A stretch of 63,940 bases of DNA, counting the filler, from Octopus bimaculoides (Eukaryota), in NCBI RefSeq assembly GCF_001194135.2. It is 8 parts of 7 records of this genome, joined end to end, with 100 filler letters (N's around TTAATTAATTAA, not from the genome) between each part and the next. Parts side by side here need not be neighbours in the genome. Positions count along the whole stretch, not along the records: positions 1 to 21,589 come from NC_068989.1; 7 more parts are not named here. One strand, written 5' to 3'. The position numbers and the translations under genes are program-made. The notes under the pieces were generated by a model. It did no database searches. It saw only the letters and a program-made list of their open reading frames with translations, and had not been told where the DNA came from. The first letter of the stretch is position 1; every line of letters starts with the position of its first letter. This document shows positions 1 through 12,892 of the stretch, one piece after another.

Positions 1-50
<50 letters not shown>
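1..50. repeat. (AG)n microsatellite, representative of dozens of AG, AT, CA, TACA, ATT and AGT tracts across the window
   Basis: Direct reading; most N gaps are bordered by such tracts. Confidence 0.95.
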
Positions 51-52
<2 letters not shown>

Positions 53-221
53 ATCAACTCCTGTTGTTGACTGCCTCATCGTTTATCAATCCCATACGAA
101 TGAAAGACAAGAATAAATCTCGGCAGGATTTGATTTCACAGCACCGAGAACCTCGTCAAATATCGCCAGACATTATACCCGACGCAATGACACGCTGTTA
201 CATCTTACCATTTTGCAACCG

Positions 222-750
222 ACTATTATTATTATTATCATTATTATCTTGTGAGTGAGCAGTGCATGCCATCAAAGTGACATTGGAATACAGATATACG
301 AAGCCCAGTATACCCATCATGACTACCCGTCAGATAAGGGTGCACCGGGCACATACGTCACAACCATATGTGTGCGACATGGTGATCCCATATCAAGATA
401 AATAGCGCGTGACACTGCAGGTGGGGCCCAGTTAGAATTTTCTTCAAATCGAGTAGCCCATCCCGCTCAAAAAATACCCGAATAAGGGTTGTTTAATGAT
501 GTTGAACGAAACATCCATGTTTTCAGAGGTGAATTATCCAAACCCCAAAGAATTCCTCTCAACACATGGCTATGGTGCTCCCCGACTACTTCTGATCGTG
601 ATTAGAGATGCACATTTCGTCAGCTACCAAGGGATATGTTCAAATAGTTAAGGTCAAGCAACTGACTAGCAAATCTATGGTATTGAGTAGAATATTTGCT
701 GCAGCCCATCTTTTATACCAACACAAAGCAATGTACATTATAACACGTCC
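222..750 (-). mobile_element. Probable non-LTR retroelement 3' UTR remnant ending in an (AAT)n tail
   Basis: Non-coding, more GC-rich block that ends on the - strand in an (AAT)n run at 222-246. Family not assignable from sequence alone. Confidence 0.35.
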
Positions 751-769
751 AGTCAGTGGTACTGCTTTA

Positions 770-830
<61 letters not shown>

Positions 831-1395
831 TTCATATACNNNNNNNNNNNNNNNNNNNNNNNNNNNNNNNNNNNNNNNNNNNNNNNNNNNNNNNNNNNNN
901 NNNNNNNNNNNNNNNNNNNNNNNNNNNNNNNNNNNNNNNNNNNNNNNNNNNNNNNNNNNNNNNNNNNNNNNNNNNNNNNNNNNNNNNNNNNNNNNNNNNN
1001 NNNNNNNNNNNNNNNNNNNNNNNNNNNNNNNNNNNNNNNNNNNNNNNNNNNNNNNNNNNNNNNNNNNNNNNNNNNNNNNNNNNNNNNNNNNNNNNNNNNN
1101 NNNNNNNNNNNNNNNNNNNNNNNNNNNNNNNNNNNNNNNNNNNNNNNNNNNNNNNNNNNNNNNNNNNNNNNNNNNNNNNNNNNNNNNNNNNNNNNNNNNN
1201 NNGTGCTAAAAGTAATTTGATTATAAGATAGTCTGATGTCAAGATGACAGAAAAAGGTGTTTACTGTTATGTACATTTAAAAGTATTCTGACACTGTTTA
1301 CAGATTAAGAATATTTTGGGGATTACCTAGACAATATTTTATGTAGGATATAGGCAATTCTCTTGAACACTATTTTTTTGAATTTCTTTCATTTT

Positions 1396-1414
1396 TGAAT
1401 TTTCTGGTAGTTCA

Positions 1415-1473
<59 letters not shown>

Positions 1474-1855
1474 TTCATATACGCACAACAGATTAAACTT
1501 TCAGAAAAGAAAAATTGGTAACATCGGGCTACAACAAGTAAACTTACAAGCCAAGAACCTTGCTAAGTATCCCAGCGGTCCCTAATAACATTGTTTTCTG
1601 GATCTGCATTAAGCTAGGTTTTATGCCCGTTTCCTTTATGCATCTGTTGAAATCTTTAGGGATAGTTCCTAATGCACCTACAACTACAGGGATACATTTT
1701 ACCCGCACTTTCCTCAATGTCTAACTCCCAGTATTTTTGTATTTTCCCTACACTTCTAATATTGAACTTCTCATCATGTGGGACTGTAAAGCACTTTCTA
1801 TTCTCTTTGTCTACTGCTACTAAATCAGGCGTTTCTATTATTCTGTCAATCTGTG
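1396..1855 (-). mobile_element. R4/Dong-like LINE 3' end (restriction-like endonuclease) with (AAT)n tail
   Basis: Minus-strand translation with frameshifts gives TPDLVAVDKENRKCF...IPVVVGALGTIPKDFNRCIKETGIKPSLMQIQKTMLLGTAGILSKVLGL*, then a short 3' UTR and (AAT)n at 1396-1469. Confidence 0.75.
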
Positions 1856-2381
1856 TTCAAATTCCACCGAAGTCGACTTCACCTCTCATCCTTTCGGGGG
1901 TCGATAAACTAAGTACCAGTGAAACAGTGGGGTCGATGTAATCGACTAGTCCCCTCCCCCAAATTTCAAGCCTTGTACCTATAGTAGAAAGGATTATTAT
2001 TATTATTATGTTTTTTTTTCTTCTTCAAATTTTCTTCCATTTCTCGCCGAGTGTTTTCCGTACACCTAGGGCAGAGAAGCTCATTGTATGCATCCCGAGT
2101 TTATACACGCAAATTCACACGTAAAATATGTATGTAAAAAAAATAATAAATTCATGAATGGATGTTTTTTCACCTGAATCGTTACCGTACCGGGTAAAAT
2201 GCTTAGCAGCCTTTCTTCCGGTTTCATCTTCTGAGATTAAATTCTGCCGCGGTCGATTTTGCCTTTCATCCTTTCGTGGAGGGATGGCTATGAAATAGGA
2301 GCACTAAAGTAAATCTAATCGACTAATCTCGCTCCCCTCGCCCCACCCAGAATATCAATCTTTGTGCCAATGGTAGAAAAG

Positions 2382-2475
<94 letters not shown>

Positions 2476-2545
2476 TTAACGCTTAGAGGTATTTCGTCCG
2501 TCTTCACGTTGAGTTCATATTCTACTGAGGTCGACTTTGCTGGTT
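1855..2545 (+). mobile_element. Three partial copies of tRNA-derived SINE family A (about 1855-2008, 2185-2390, 2477-2545)
   Basis: Shared core gagttcaaattccgccgaggtcgactttgcctttcatcctttcggggtcgat with (ATT)n tails; matches other copies in this window. Confidence 0.75.
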
Positions 2546-2723
2546 TGAATTTGCTAGAAGACGGTTCATGGACGAACTAAAAAAAAGTGGGAATAATTAA
2601 TGTAGTGTTCTTGATCGAATTCTCTAACTCTCTCCCATTCATCTCTAGACTTAGTTATTTATCGTTGTTATTGTTGTCGTTTTTGCCGTACTTTACAATT
2701 GTTATTGTTCTCTTCCTTTCAGA

Positions 2724-2828
2724 ATGAGGGTCCAACTGTTAGCACTATGGACAGCCAGTGTAAAGAGACTTGGCTATCAACTGATCGCTTTCATGTTGCT
2801 GGTCGTAAAAGATTACAGCGAAGACGAG
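2724..2828 (+). CDS. Plectin/plakin-repeat protein, first visible coding exon (MRVQLLALWTASVKRLGYQLIAFMLLVVKDYSEDE)
   Basis: Acceptor ttctcttcctttcAG ends at 2722 and donor GAG|gtaagc starts at 2829. 105 nt open from ATG 2724, phase 0 into the next exon. The ATG may be internal if upstream exons lie outside the window. Confidence 0.7.
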
Positions 2829-3929
2829 GTAAGCAGATGTTTTGTTTTTATTAGATATTTTCAAAAAAAAAATTGTGTACAATGACTTTGGAGATTGTAG
2901 GGTAGGCGTGGGCTGTTGAAATTCTTAGGAAAGAAAGCGGAAGCAAGTGTTCTTGCACTAGGTCGAAGAGGCTGGAAATAAGTTTGGGATATACACATGT
3001 TCGGAATGAGAGTTGCCTTTATCTCATTCGCGTTTAAAAGGGAGACAGCATTACACATTTATATTTCAACACAACTAAATTTATAAAGTTTCATGCCTAT
3101 AGAAGAAACTATACTGATTGTACGAAGGTGTCACGCAGTGGGACTGAACCTTGAACCATGTGGTTGGGAAGCAAGCTTCTTATCACACAGCCTCGACTAA
3201 TAATACTGAAATTAGCAGCAGTTACACTGGAATGTTGATGAGGGTTTGTTAACATGCATAAGTGCTGGATGGACTGCGCCTCTTTCTATGGCGGTAGTTG
3301 AGATATGGACGAACTGTGCTGCGCACATTTGCTATAACTGTCCTTAGCCAAGACGATGCATTCTTCAGACCATTGCTCTGGGACAGTTTAGACAGAGACC
3401 ATTATAATGTATAGCTGAATGAACAATTAATGATGTTAAATGACAACTAGCAACATTTCTTTTTCCAAACGTTAATTTGATTGTCTAACGTATTTTGCTT
3501 TGTGGGGAAAAACAGGCAAAGCACTGGGAGATCGATGAATAATCCTCTGATATATTCCTATCTTATTAGACCTCGTTAGGACATCTAAAGGCATTCTTGT
3601 GTTTGCACAGCCAAAAGAAGTAGACAATTACTAACGCCCACACAATCATAAATATGCTGGAGGGAATGATAACATCAACAACCAGTACATATCAAGATGC
3701 AATATATGCATATACTTTTCACTGATATAACCCTTGTTTAGTATGTTGTCCACTAGCATCTGATGTACAGTTCTATCAGTAAAGTGACAAAGACATTCAC
3801 TAATGATGTCACAGTTTCAGTGGTCAAAAGGCTTGTTGTTCAGTGAGCCCGGAACCCATATGACGCAATGCCTTCCGCTTCTAATGTACACGACCATAGC
3901 TGTTCAAATGTTTATCATCCACTTATCTT

Positions 3930-3979
<50 letters not shown>

Positions 3980-5719
3980 AATAGTAATAGTAGTAGTAGT
4001 AGTGGTAATAGTAATAGTAGTAGTAGTATTAGTCGTAGTAGTGGTAGAATTTGCTTCAAGAGTACATGATTATAGTACATGAATATATNNNNNNNNNNNN
4101 NNNNNNNNNNNNNNNNNNNNNNNNNNNNNNNNNNNNNNNNNNNNNNNNNNNNNNNNNNNNNNNNNNNNNNNNNNNNNNNNNNNNNNNNNNNNNNNNNNNN
4201 NNNNNNNNNNNNNNNNNNNNNNNNNNNNNNNNNNNNNNNNNNNNNNNNNNNNNNNNNNNNNNNNNNNNNNNNNNNNNNNNNNNNNNNNNNNNNNNNNNNN
4301 NNNNNNNNNNNNNNNNNNNNNNNNNNNNNNNNNNNNNNNNNNNNNNNNNNNNNNNNNNNNNNNNNNNNNNNNNNNNNNNNNNNNNNNNNNNNNNNNNNNN
4401 NNNNNNNNNNNNNNNNNNNNNNNNNNNNNNNNNNNNTATATATATATATATATATATGAACCTGTATGTCTGCTCGTACGTCTCTCTGTGTCACGCGTCA
4501 TTGTAGATACTGTAACAGACACACATATACGGAGCTAGAGAGAGAGAGGAAATATGTCATCGTCTATTAGAGAAAGAAGGTAGGACAACTAAGACAGCGC
4601 AGTAAACTTAATTGCAAGTGATTATTCAGCAAACACTTGTCTGTTTGAATGAGAGAGAGAGAAAGAGAGAAAGAAAGAGAGAGAGAGAGGTCGATAGATA
4701 TAACGAGAAAGTTGGAAAGGGTAAGGGGAGCGGGGTATGATTCACTTTAGCACATCTCGAATGAATAACAAAAGAAACTGACTATTATCATGTGGAAGAG
4801 ACGACGAAGGATTCTCTGCGCGGTTACTGAAGTGCTAGAAATAGCAGGGAAATCTGTAAATGATTCATACTCTAGCATCCTATAACAGAAGGACACTGGA
4901 TAATGTGAGCCTCAGAGCATTATACCTGAAAACAAAATGTACCGTCGTCGGTGGAATATCAGTTCAATCAGAACTGAATACAGTCTATCTAAGCAACAAC
5001 TATTTTCAGCAAGTAAAAGAGAAATAAAGCAAATTTCGTGATAAATTCTTATGAGCAAGGTTTAACAGTGCGAATGAAAACGATGACTTATTCATTCTTA
5101 TTACGTTCCGGCTGATTCAAAAGGGAATATACTAATCGCTGTTGCATTTCGTCATTGGTGAATCATTTCTCCTTGCAGACGAATGTGTGTTCACAATGCA
5201 TTCGATTTATTAGCGTGAGGGGACTTCGTGGGACACCTGGTGTTTCAACATTATTACATCTCCTCAGTCAAAGGTACCTCTAAGCATTGAATCTAACAGA
5301 AGTTTGTGGCTCTTGTTTATAACTACAGCAAATAAATTATTTGCTGAAGTCTGCTATCTGTCAACGATAATAAATCCCTATGTGTATGGTGAACAACATT
5401 AATCGAACCGGTGACTTACATATTCATTCGTAATAAGTTCTACTCTTGTAAACAACATAAATGAAGGTAGAGGTAAAAAGACGACAGATCAAAATATACA
5501 GCACAAAATATAATGAGGTTCAATGAAACGGAATTGGTTAATTTCTTAAGACAAACTAGAACCACGACTGAGTTTAAGCCTAGTAAAGTAAAATGAAGCA
5601 TGAGGTTTCCTTTTCATGAATGATACGGCTTCTGATTTTTGTACATGGCCAGAAATTTTGAAGGGAGTGTGTAATCGATAGGTTTGACCCAAATACTTTA
5701 CAGTAACTTTACTGTATAG

Positions 5720-5817
5720 AGGGATGAAAGGTGAATTTTGAACTGAAGACGTAAAGAGCCGGAACAAATACTACAAGGTATTTTCTCCGACGTTCTAACG
5801 ATTCTGCCTGCTTAATA

Positions 5818-5856
<39 letters not shown>

Positions 5857-6030
5857 GTTTGGATTTCAATAATAATAATAGTAATAATAATAATAATGGT
5901 TTCCGATTTAGTTACAAGCCTAGAAATTTAAAGGAGAGGGGACTAGTCAGTTAAATCAGATGCGGTACTTAATTAGTATTTTATTTTATTGACCTCCAAG
6001 GGATGAAAGGCGAAGTTGACTTTGACAGGA
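5720..6030 (-). mobile_element. Two decayed SINE family A fragments (about 5720-5811 and 5900-6030)
   Basis: Reverse complements match the head (gcagaatcgttagaacgtcgg) and the gggatgaaaggcgaagttgac core. Confidence 0.6.
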
Positions 6031-6373
6031 GAGACTGCTCCTGTGCCTGGTTGCATGATATAATCCTTCATTCCGTTTAACGTCATCACCTGGTTAAGTG
6101 ATACTTTTAGCAAATATTTTTCCCTTGCCTCTGCTTCAAAGAAAGCGTCTTCTCTTCCTCCCACAACTCAAGGAGGTGCAGAAAAAAGCGATCATGGATG
6201 CTGTGTCTTTTTCACTGATTAAGTTATTCTATTTAATCTCATTGTTTTTGTTTTCTGTAAATACTCGTTATGTATACGTTAAGAAATTAATCCGTATTTT
6301 TCGCATGTAGACAATATGAGGGTTCAATCAATCTAATCAATGATTCTATACGTTATTTGATATAACTTAATAG

Positions 6374-6557
6374 ATACAACAGTTTACCCGGCTATCAAGT
6401 AGTCAACAACAAGAACTTGTCAGCCTTCTGAAGTATATCGAAGAAACCCTGATGCCAAATTGGAATGGATACAAGGATTTTGGAGAGCTTCAAGAAAGAA
6501 TGGCTCGTATAAGGTTTATACTCGAAGAGAAAAATGGCACAGTCAGGACGACTTCAG
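6374..6557 (+). CDS. Plectin-repeat protein exon 2 (IQQFTRLSSSQQQELVSLLKYIEETLMPNWNGYKDFGELQERMARIRFILEEKNGTVRTTS)
   Basis: Acceptor aatAG ends at 6373 (alternative caacAG ends at 6382), donor CAG|gtaaat at 6558. 184 nt open, phase 0 in, phase 1 out. Confidence 0.8.
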
Positions 6558-6864
6558 GTAAATATTTTTTTGATGGTGGGCCTATTATTGTCTTTTAACT
6601 GTGTGCTTATTGGGTTCGAGTCCTAACCAGGTGAAAAACATGGGAAGAGGATTAAGAAATATGCTTTCTTAAACGCGTATAACATTGCAGGCAAGACTGG
6701 AACACACACCGAAAGAGAGCCAGGCATGCGTGCATTTATATGTAAATATATATATGCGCCCCGCCCTATATATATATATATATATATATATAAATCGAAA
6801 TATTAATATTTCTACATCTCTCTAAAGGAGTCTACGGCAGCAGTACTGGATATTAATAATTATT

Positions 6865-7051
6865 GCCAAGCTGACATGGCAGTCCAGGAATATAGGACGA
6901 ATGCTACCGTTGATTAGCTCCAAGAGCTGTTCGAAGGTTATAATGGACACAGGTGTGTGTGTGTCACATAGCTAACTATAGGCGATGGCCTCTTGGAGCT
7001 AATCAACGGTAGCATATGTCCTATTTTCCTGCACTGCCATGTTAGCTTGGC
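6865..7051. mobile_element. MITE-like element with 62-bp terminal inverted repeats
   Basis: 6865-6926 versus the reverse complement of 6990-7051: 57/62 identical. The right end runs into an N gap, so no TSD is visible. Confidence 0.75.
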
Positions 7052-7466
7052 NNNNNNNNNNNNNNNNNNNNNNNNNNNNNNNNNNNNNNNNNNNNNNNNN
7101 NNNNNNNNNNNNNNNNNNNNNNNNNNNNNNNNNNNNNNNNNNNNNNNNNNNNNNNNNNNNNNNNNNNNNNNNNNNNNNNNNNNNNNNNNNNNNNNNNNNN
7201 NNNNNNNNNNNNNNNNNNNNNNNNNNNNNNNNNNNNNNNNNNNNNNNNNNNNNNNNNNNNNNNNNNNNNNNNNNNNNNNNNNNNNNNNNNNNNNNNNNNN
7301 NNNNNNNNNNNNNNNNNNNNNNNNNNNNNNNNNNNNNNNNNNNNNNNNNNNNNNNNNNNNNNNNNNNNNNNNNNNNNNNNNNNNNNNNNNNNNNNNNNNN
7401 NNNNNNNNNNNNNNNNNNNNNNNNNNNNNNNNNNNNNNNNNNNNNNNNNNNNNNNNNNNNNNNNNN

Positions 7467-7544
<78 letters not shown>

Positions 7545-9073
7545 TAGAATACACAGATAGACAGATATAGACAGACAGTGAGCGAGTGCATATGTGCATG
7601 TGTGAATGCATTATGTATAAGATGGGCGTGTACCCTCGAATATGATTCAATCTTCTAATAATACTAAACAAAATGTTTAAATTGAAAATCATAAATTCAC
7701 ATGCCCACACCCCTCTCCTTCACATTTACACAGACAAACGACAAGGTCAGTAGATTGTAAACATTGTCTCCTGCTTTAGTTACTTCTTTTAGTTGATTCA
7801 TCACGGTTGTACTCCAATGCAGACAACAGAACCCAGTCTTAACTCAACAACATTAATACACAGTGACTGTTCATAGCCAACAATTTCACGTAAAACATTT
7901 TACACAACCTCCAAATGAACAACATGCAATCAAAATGTTCAAACTTTAGAAATACTAGTTTTCAAAATTCTGATGCCCTTTCATGATGACTTTATATATC
8001 CATAGCTTATAGAAAAAAATCAACAAATTTTAGCAGTTAGTTCAGCAGCAGGCACAGATATATTACACATTAGGGTACTGCTCCTATACTCCAGGCCGTG
8101 TGTTTGCTACTCAGATATTTTAGAAATACCCCTTAAACCTACATCCGACTTTATAGGCAAACCATCAATCCCTTACATTCTAGCGTATCATCCCTTTGTC
8201 TTCCCTACAAATATCTCTGCTTATCTCAACTGTGCACTGATTCAATACAAGACTGATACTATATTTTATCAATATACCTTGGAAGAATGAAAGTTAATGT
8301 CGGCGGGATTTTAACCTAAAACACACACAAAGCGACTTAACAAAATACCAGACTTTTCTGCTGATCTATCGTTTCTGCCGTCTTCCCTAGCTGGTATCTT
8401 TACGAGGTGCACAAATGCCGTATTCCGAATGAATAAGGTGGCGTAATCCAATGGTAGAGAATTAAGTGCTCCAAAACAGTCGGAAGGATGAGGTGTCCGC
8501 GTGAGCGTCCAATAATCCACGTGTGGTTACATTTCTGAAGTGTGTGTGTGTGTGTGTACACTTCAGAAATCGCCAATAGAATAAGACGCCAATAGAATAA
8601 GTACCAGGATTAATAGAAAAATAATCCGACTAACCCTTTGAAGTCTATACCCTAGCATAGTCGCAGTACAGTGGCTGAAACAAATAAACGATAAAAAAAA
8701 TTTAAAAAATGTTGCCATGAATTATGAACATAAATAGCAAATATTTGTAAAACAAAGTATTTGTTAATGTTTATGGATTATTGATATTGAAATACTCCAG
8801 AATGGTAAGTTGGCAAATACAGTAGAGTGCCGGATTTAATAGCAAATATTTAGTAGCATTCTTGGTTCAAATACTCAGGTGTCGACTTTCCTGTTTGTGT
8901 CTTGAAAGGAAATGTTATTAATACAATGAATATATTGAAACTGATATGTGGAAGTTATACATATATTTGAAACAGATTGAACTTGTATGTAGCTAAACCC
9001 TGAAATGAATAAGAAAATAAAACAGCTTTAATCACCACTTCTTAATTAATCATTATGAATTATTCGTTCACAG

Positions 9074-9138
9074 ATGGTAGCCAGCAATCAGTTGTCATTC
9101 AGTTCAATGCTTTGAAAGATCTTCTTGGCAAATACGGA
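9074..9138 (+). CDS. Plectin-repeat protein exon 3 ((D)GSQQSVVIQFNALKDLLGKYG)
   Basis: Acceptor ttcgttcacAG, donor GGA|gtaagt. 65 nt; only the phase 1-in/0-out reading is stop-free, and it matches both neighbours. Confidence 0.85.
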
Positions 9139-9846
9139 GTAAGTATACAATATCTTTCATTTCAGTAGTTTGACTGTTTGTGCTTCCTTAACTCACAAGC
9201 AATACATTGGTTCCTTGCAGTAATAAATTAATACTTCGATTTCTCGAACCATTAATTCCATGTCAATTCAATTTCCTACACTAACTCATATCATCGCTCG
9301 TAGCTATGTTTCTCTCGGCCTATCACGTCTTCTTCCGGCAGATTGCCTGTTGAATGTTTGTTTTTTAAAATGTCGTTTCCTCCCGAGTGTACGGCTTTTA
9401 CATTTCCACCTCAAAAAATTGAACAGCTGAAAATGAGCACCAGCCTAGTGCTAGTGGAACCCTTTTCCTTTCCAACCGTTACATCTTACGTATGTCAATA
9501 GGAACGAAAGCAGATAGTGTGTCTATATCTGCCCGCAATAATATATGTACCTAAAATAATCAGTGAAAGCATGGTTTGTGCATAATTTATGTCATCAGTT
9601 CTAACACCTATGGTACATATATATGAGCTTTGATTGGCAGAAAGTTGCGTAAAGATTTAAAAAATTTCTGATGATTAAAAATGAGAAGTATATTTTCATA
9701 CAAACCTGTATGTATGTATGTATGTATGTATGTATGTATGTATGTATGTATATATGTATGTATGTATGTATGAGAAAGAGAGAAAGAGAGACAGCGAAAT
9801 AGATAAATAGATACACATATATGCACAAATATATGAAGATATATAC

Positions 9847-9881
<35 letters not shown>

Positions 9882-10644
9882 CATATATATATATTCGTAN
9901 NNNNNNNNNATATATATATATATATATATATCTGTATATAGATATATATGCATATATGCATATATTTGTATATGCGTGAATGTGTGTGTGATGTATGTGT
10001 ACACATTCACGTGCGCGCACGTATGTATGTATAATGAATCTTCGCAGATGTAGTGCTGCTGCTGCTGAAAGCCAAATTTCTGATTTGTCATACAAAGGAA
10101 GGAAGTAAACAATAATGAGGACAACATATAAGACTTATTTATTTCTGAATTATATACTTCCTTTTTTTTTTCTACCCTGTTTATTAGACGCACCTGACAA
10201 GTAAAATTAACACCGCTTCCGGTTACTGATGGTCCGACACCTCTTTTAATCCGGACACTTAATTTTGCCGCGACCCGATAGTCGAATTCGTTGGGTGGGC
10301 AAAGCTGCGGCGTGTGTGATGGGTAATCATGCGTATAAACTGATTAGCCTAAAACTAAATCTATCCTATCCTTGTAAACTAAATCTTGCTTCCTAAGGTG
10401 CCACTCTGGAATCAAAATACGGAAACATATCTCTCAATCAAGACAAAATATATGGATCGTCTTAATCCATAGACAGAGAGACCTGCGAATTGCAATCGGC
10501 AACAATGGTCCACGTTTTGATAAAATCAGGGAGAAAGAATTCATTGAAATCTATGTGCGTAATTGTGATTGATTTCACTACTTAAAAATTTGACTGATTG
10601 CTCAATTATATTTGCTCTTAATATACTTAAAATTGTATTCCATT

Positions 10645-10955
10645 GTTGGTTACGACGACGAGTGCTCCATTTGATTTGATCAACCGAACAGCCTATTCGT
10701 GAAATTAACGTGCAAGTAGCTGAGTACTCCACAAATACACGTTCCCTTAACGTAGTTCTCAGAGAGATTTAGCGTGGCATAGAATATTATAAGGCTGGCC
10801 ATTATGAATTACAGGTACTGCTCATTTTTGCCAACTGAATAAACTGGCGTAACATGAAAAAAATGTCTTTCTCAAGACACGCCACCGGGCATCGAACTCA
10901 CGACCTTACGATAGTGAGCCGAAAAGCCTAACCACTAAGCTACACGTCTTCACTG
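10645..10955 (-). mobile_element. tRNA-derived SINE family C
   Basis: Same gtgaaattaacgtgcaagtrgctgag...ccttaacgtagttctc body as 49283-49585 and 53325-53665; tRNA-like head on the - strand. Confidence 0.75.
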
Positions 10956-11234
10956 AAAAAACAGAAAAAAGCACTCCGTTGGTTATGACGACGAATGCTT
11001 TGTGTACTAACTTCTTCACTTAAACCATTCTCTTCCTATGGAACATAGCTCATCGACAAATTTCCTTCCCCGTTCTCGACTTTGGTCTGTGTTTTCTGCT
11101 TTTCTCCAGTTCGAACCCTACTTCCTTTCGGACATTGCTGCACTGCATCATAAGTTACTCTGAGGGCCTAACTCTCTTTGGTATTGTTGGTTTTAAATTG
11201 TCATCCATACTTTTGTAACTTAGCTTATCTAGCT

Positions 11235-11860
11235 AAGTGTGTTGGCCCTACGTGAAGCCATTTCTACCTCTGGCAAGCGGTGCTTTGTATTAATCTGGCA
11301 TCTATCCTTTGACTTATACTTCATAGGAAGCTTGACCTGGAGTTTGCACTCCGCTCGGATAGTTTTCAAGGTCACTGAGGCACTGAATCCACTACCGGCC
11401 TCCACCCACTGTTATGCTCTCACAGAGCTGGTCGCTTTCCACGCCATGCCACCCTTAGGTAATTATGGAGCTTCTTAAGCCACGGCCTAGACGCTACAGG
11501 CTTCTCCCACCTCGTGCCACCGGGGCTAGACCGAGGGAATGGTAAAAAGCCGGACAGCATAACAGTTTTCCCGTTCCATGAGGCTAGGCCCCTCATCTGG
11601 GATGTTACATGCTGTGACACCTTCTCCAGTGGCAACTTTGAGTTGTCAGCTACCAGCCTAGGTTCCACCTGTAGCAGTTGTAACCTCCGCCGTTTTTGGC
11701 CCCCAGACCATATCCCTGCTCACGGTATTTTGCGGTCCGTATGTGCGAGCCCCGTGAGACAGAGAGCTGTTCCAGCACTTCACTCTCCCGCTATCTTCTG
11801 GGGCCGTTTCTATTTTGTCTGCTGATGCCATGAGAAATGTTTTTAAAATGAGAGAGGTAA
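11235..11860 (+). mobile_element. CRE-clade-like LINE 3' fragment (REL endonuclease)
   Basis: Degenerate frames give HPLLCSHRAGRFPRH, PGLDRGNGKKPDSITVFPFHEARPLIWDVTCCDTF and ELFQHFTLPLSSGAVSILSA, typical of the CRE zinc-knuckle/REL region. Confidence 0.65.
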
Positions 11861-12089
11861 GATTCTCCGTTAATCTTTCTATTTACATATACACACACCA
11901 TACAAAGAACTGAAAAACCTGACACTGCGCACATAGGAAGAAACGAAAACTACAATTCACCTCATAACCACTTTTGGCTATAAACTAATTATGAATGAGT
12001 ACACTGGGGTGATTTAAAATAAAATAAAAAATATTAAAAAAAGACATGAAAAAATACTTGTAGCTAGTTTCTTATTTGATATTTTACAG

Positions 12090-12211
12090 GACTTCTGGGC
12101 TTACTGGGAGACGTACAAGGTAATTGTGGAGCTTCTCAAGCAACCGAAATTTGTGTTGGTTTGTGATAAGTGGGAGCAACTGCGGTTTGTGACAACAGCA
12201 CATTTCGTTAG
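12090..12211 (+). CDS. Plectin-repeat protein exon 4 (DFWAYWETYKVIVELLKQPKFVLVCDKWEQLRFVTTAHFV(R))
   Basis: Acceptor gatattttacAG, donor TAG|gtaagt at 12212. 122 nt open, phase 0 in and 2 out, as the last exon requires. Confidence 0.85.
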
Positions 12212-12892
12212 GTAAGTTCTAAATATTACAATATATCAATCAATCCTGATGCGTTCATCAATTATTTTTGTTGTTTTTTGCCTGTTTTGTACTATATATA
12301 AATACATGGCAGTGGGAAGGTAGGAAATTGGGGTGGATGAAACAACGAAGAAGAACCTTTCTTTGTGTGGTCACTCTACCTGCTAGAAATAGCAGCCAAT
12401 TTTTGTTTTTAGTCACTTCTTGCTGCTTTCAAGAAAAGTATTAAGGAATATACTATGAATTAATCATTTTATTTTAAACTAAACGATTACACCTGTTACC
12501 TACCTACCTACCTACCTATCTGCCTGCCTACCTACCTACTTAACTACCTATCAGTCAACTTCCTTTTTTTATTTAATCACATTGATGATGCTATTTCTTT
12601 ACTGAGATTTCGGCGTATATATAATATTTCTGATAATTTCTGGACATATATTATCATGATGAAATTTGAATGATGTCTAACTCAAGCTCGGCTAATGACA
12701 CAATTGAGGCTCTATGGAATTATTTTAGGCATAAATCTTCTGCAGCCCAGATTTTTCTCTTTCCTATTTGCTATATAAAAAGAAAGACGTTTCTTCATAG
12801 ATTATTTTTCGACATTTATTTTTATCCTTTACTCTAAATTCGTCAGTTACATTTTTGTTTCTTTAAGCACCATTTATTTACTTTACTTTTAG

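Noticed and set aside
5179-5273. Candidate extra exon (ttctccttgcAG ... AAG|gtacct; TNVCSQCIRF...)
   Set aside because: 95 nt would shift the frame between exons 1 and 2, the donor is weak, and exons 1 and 2 already join in phase.
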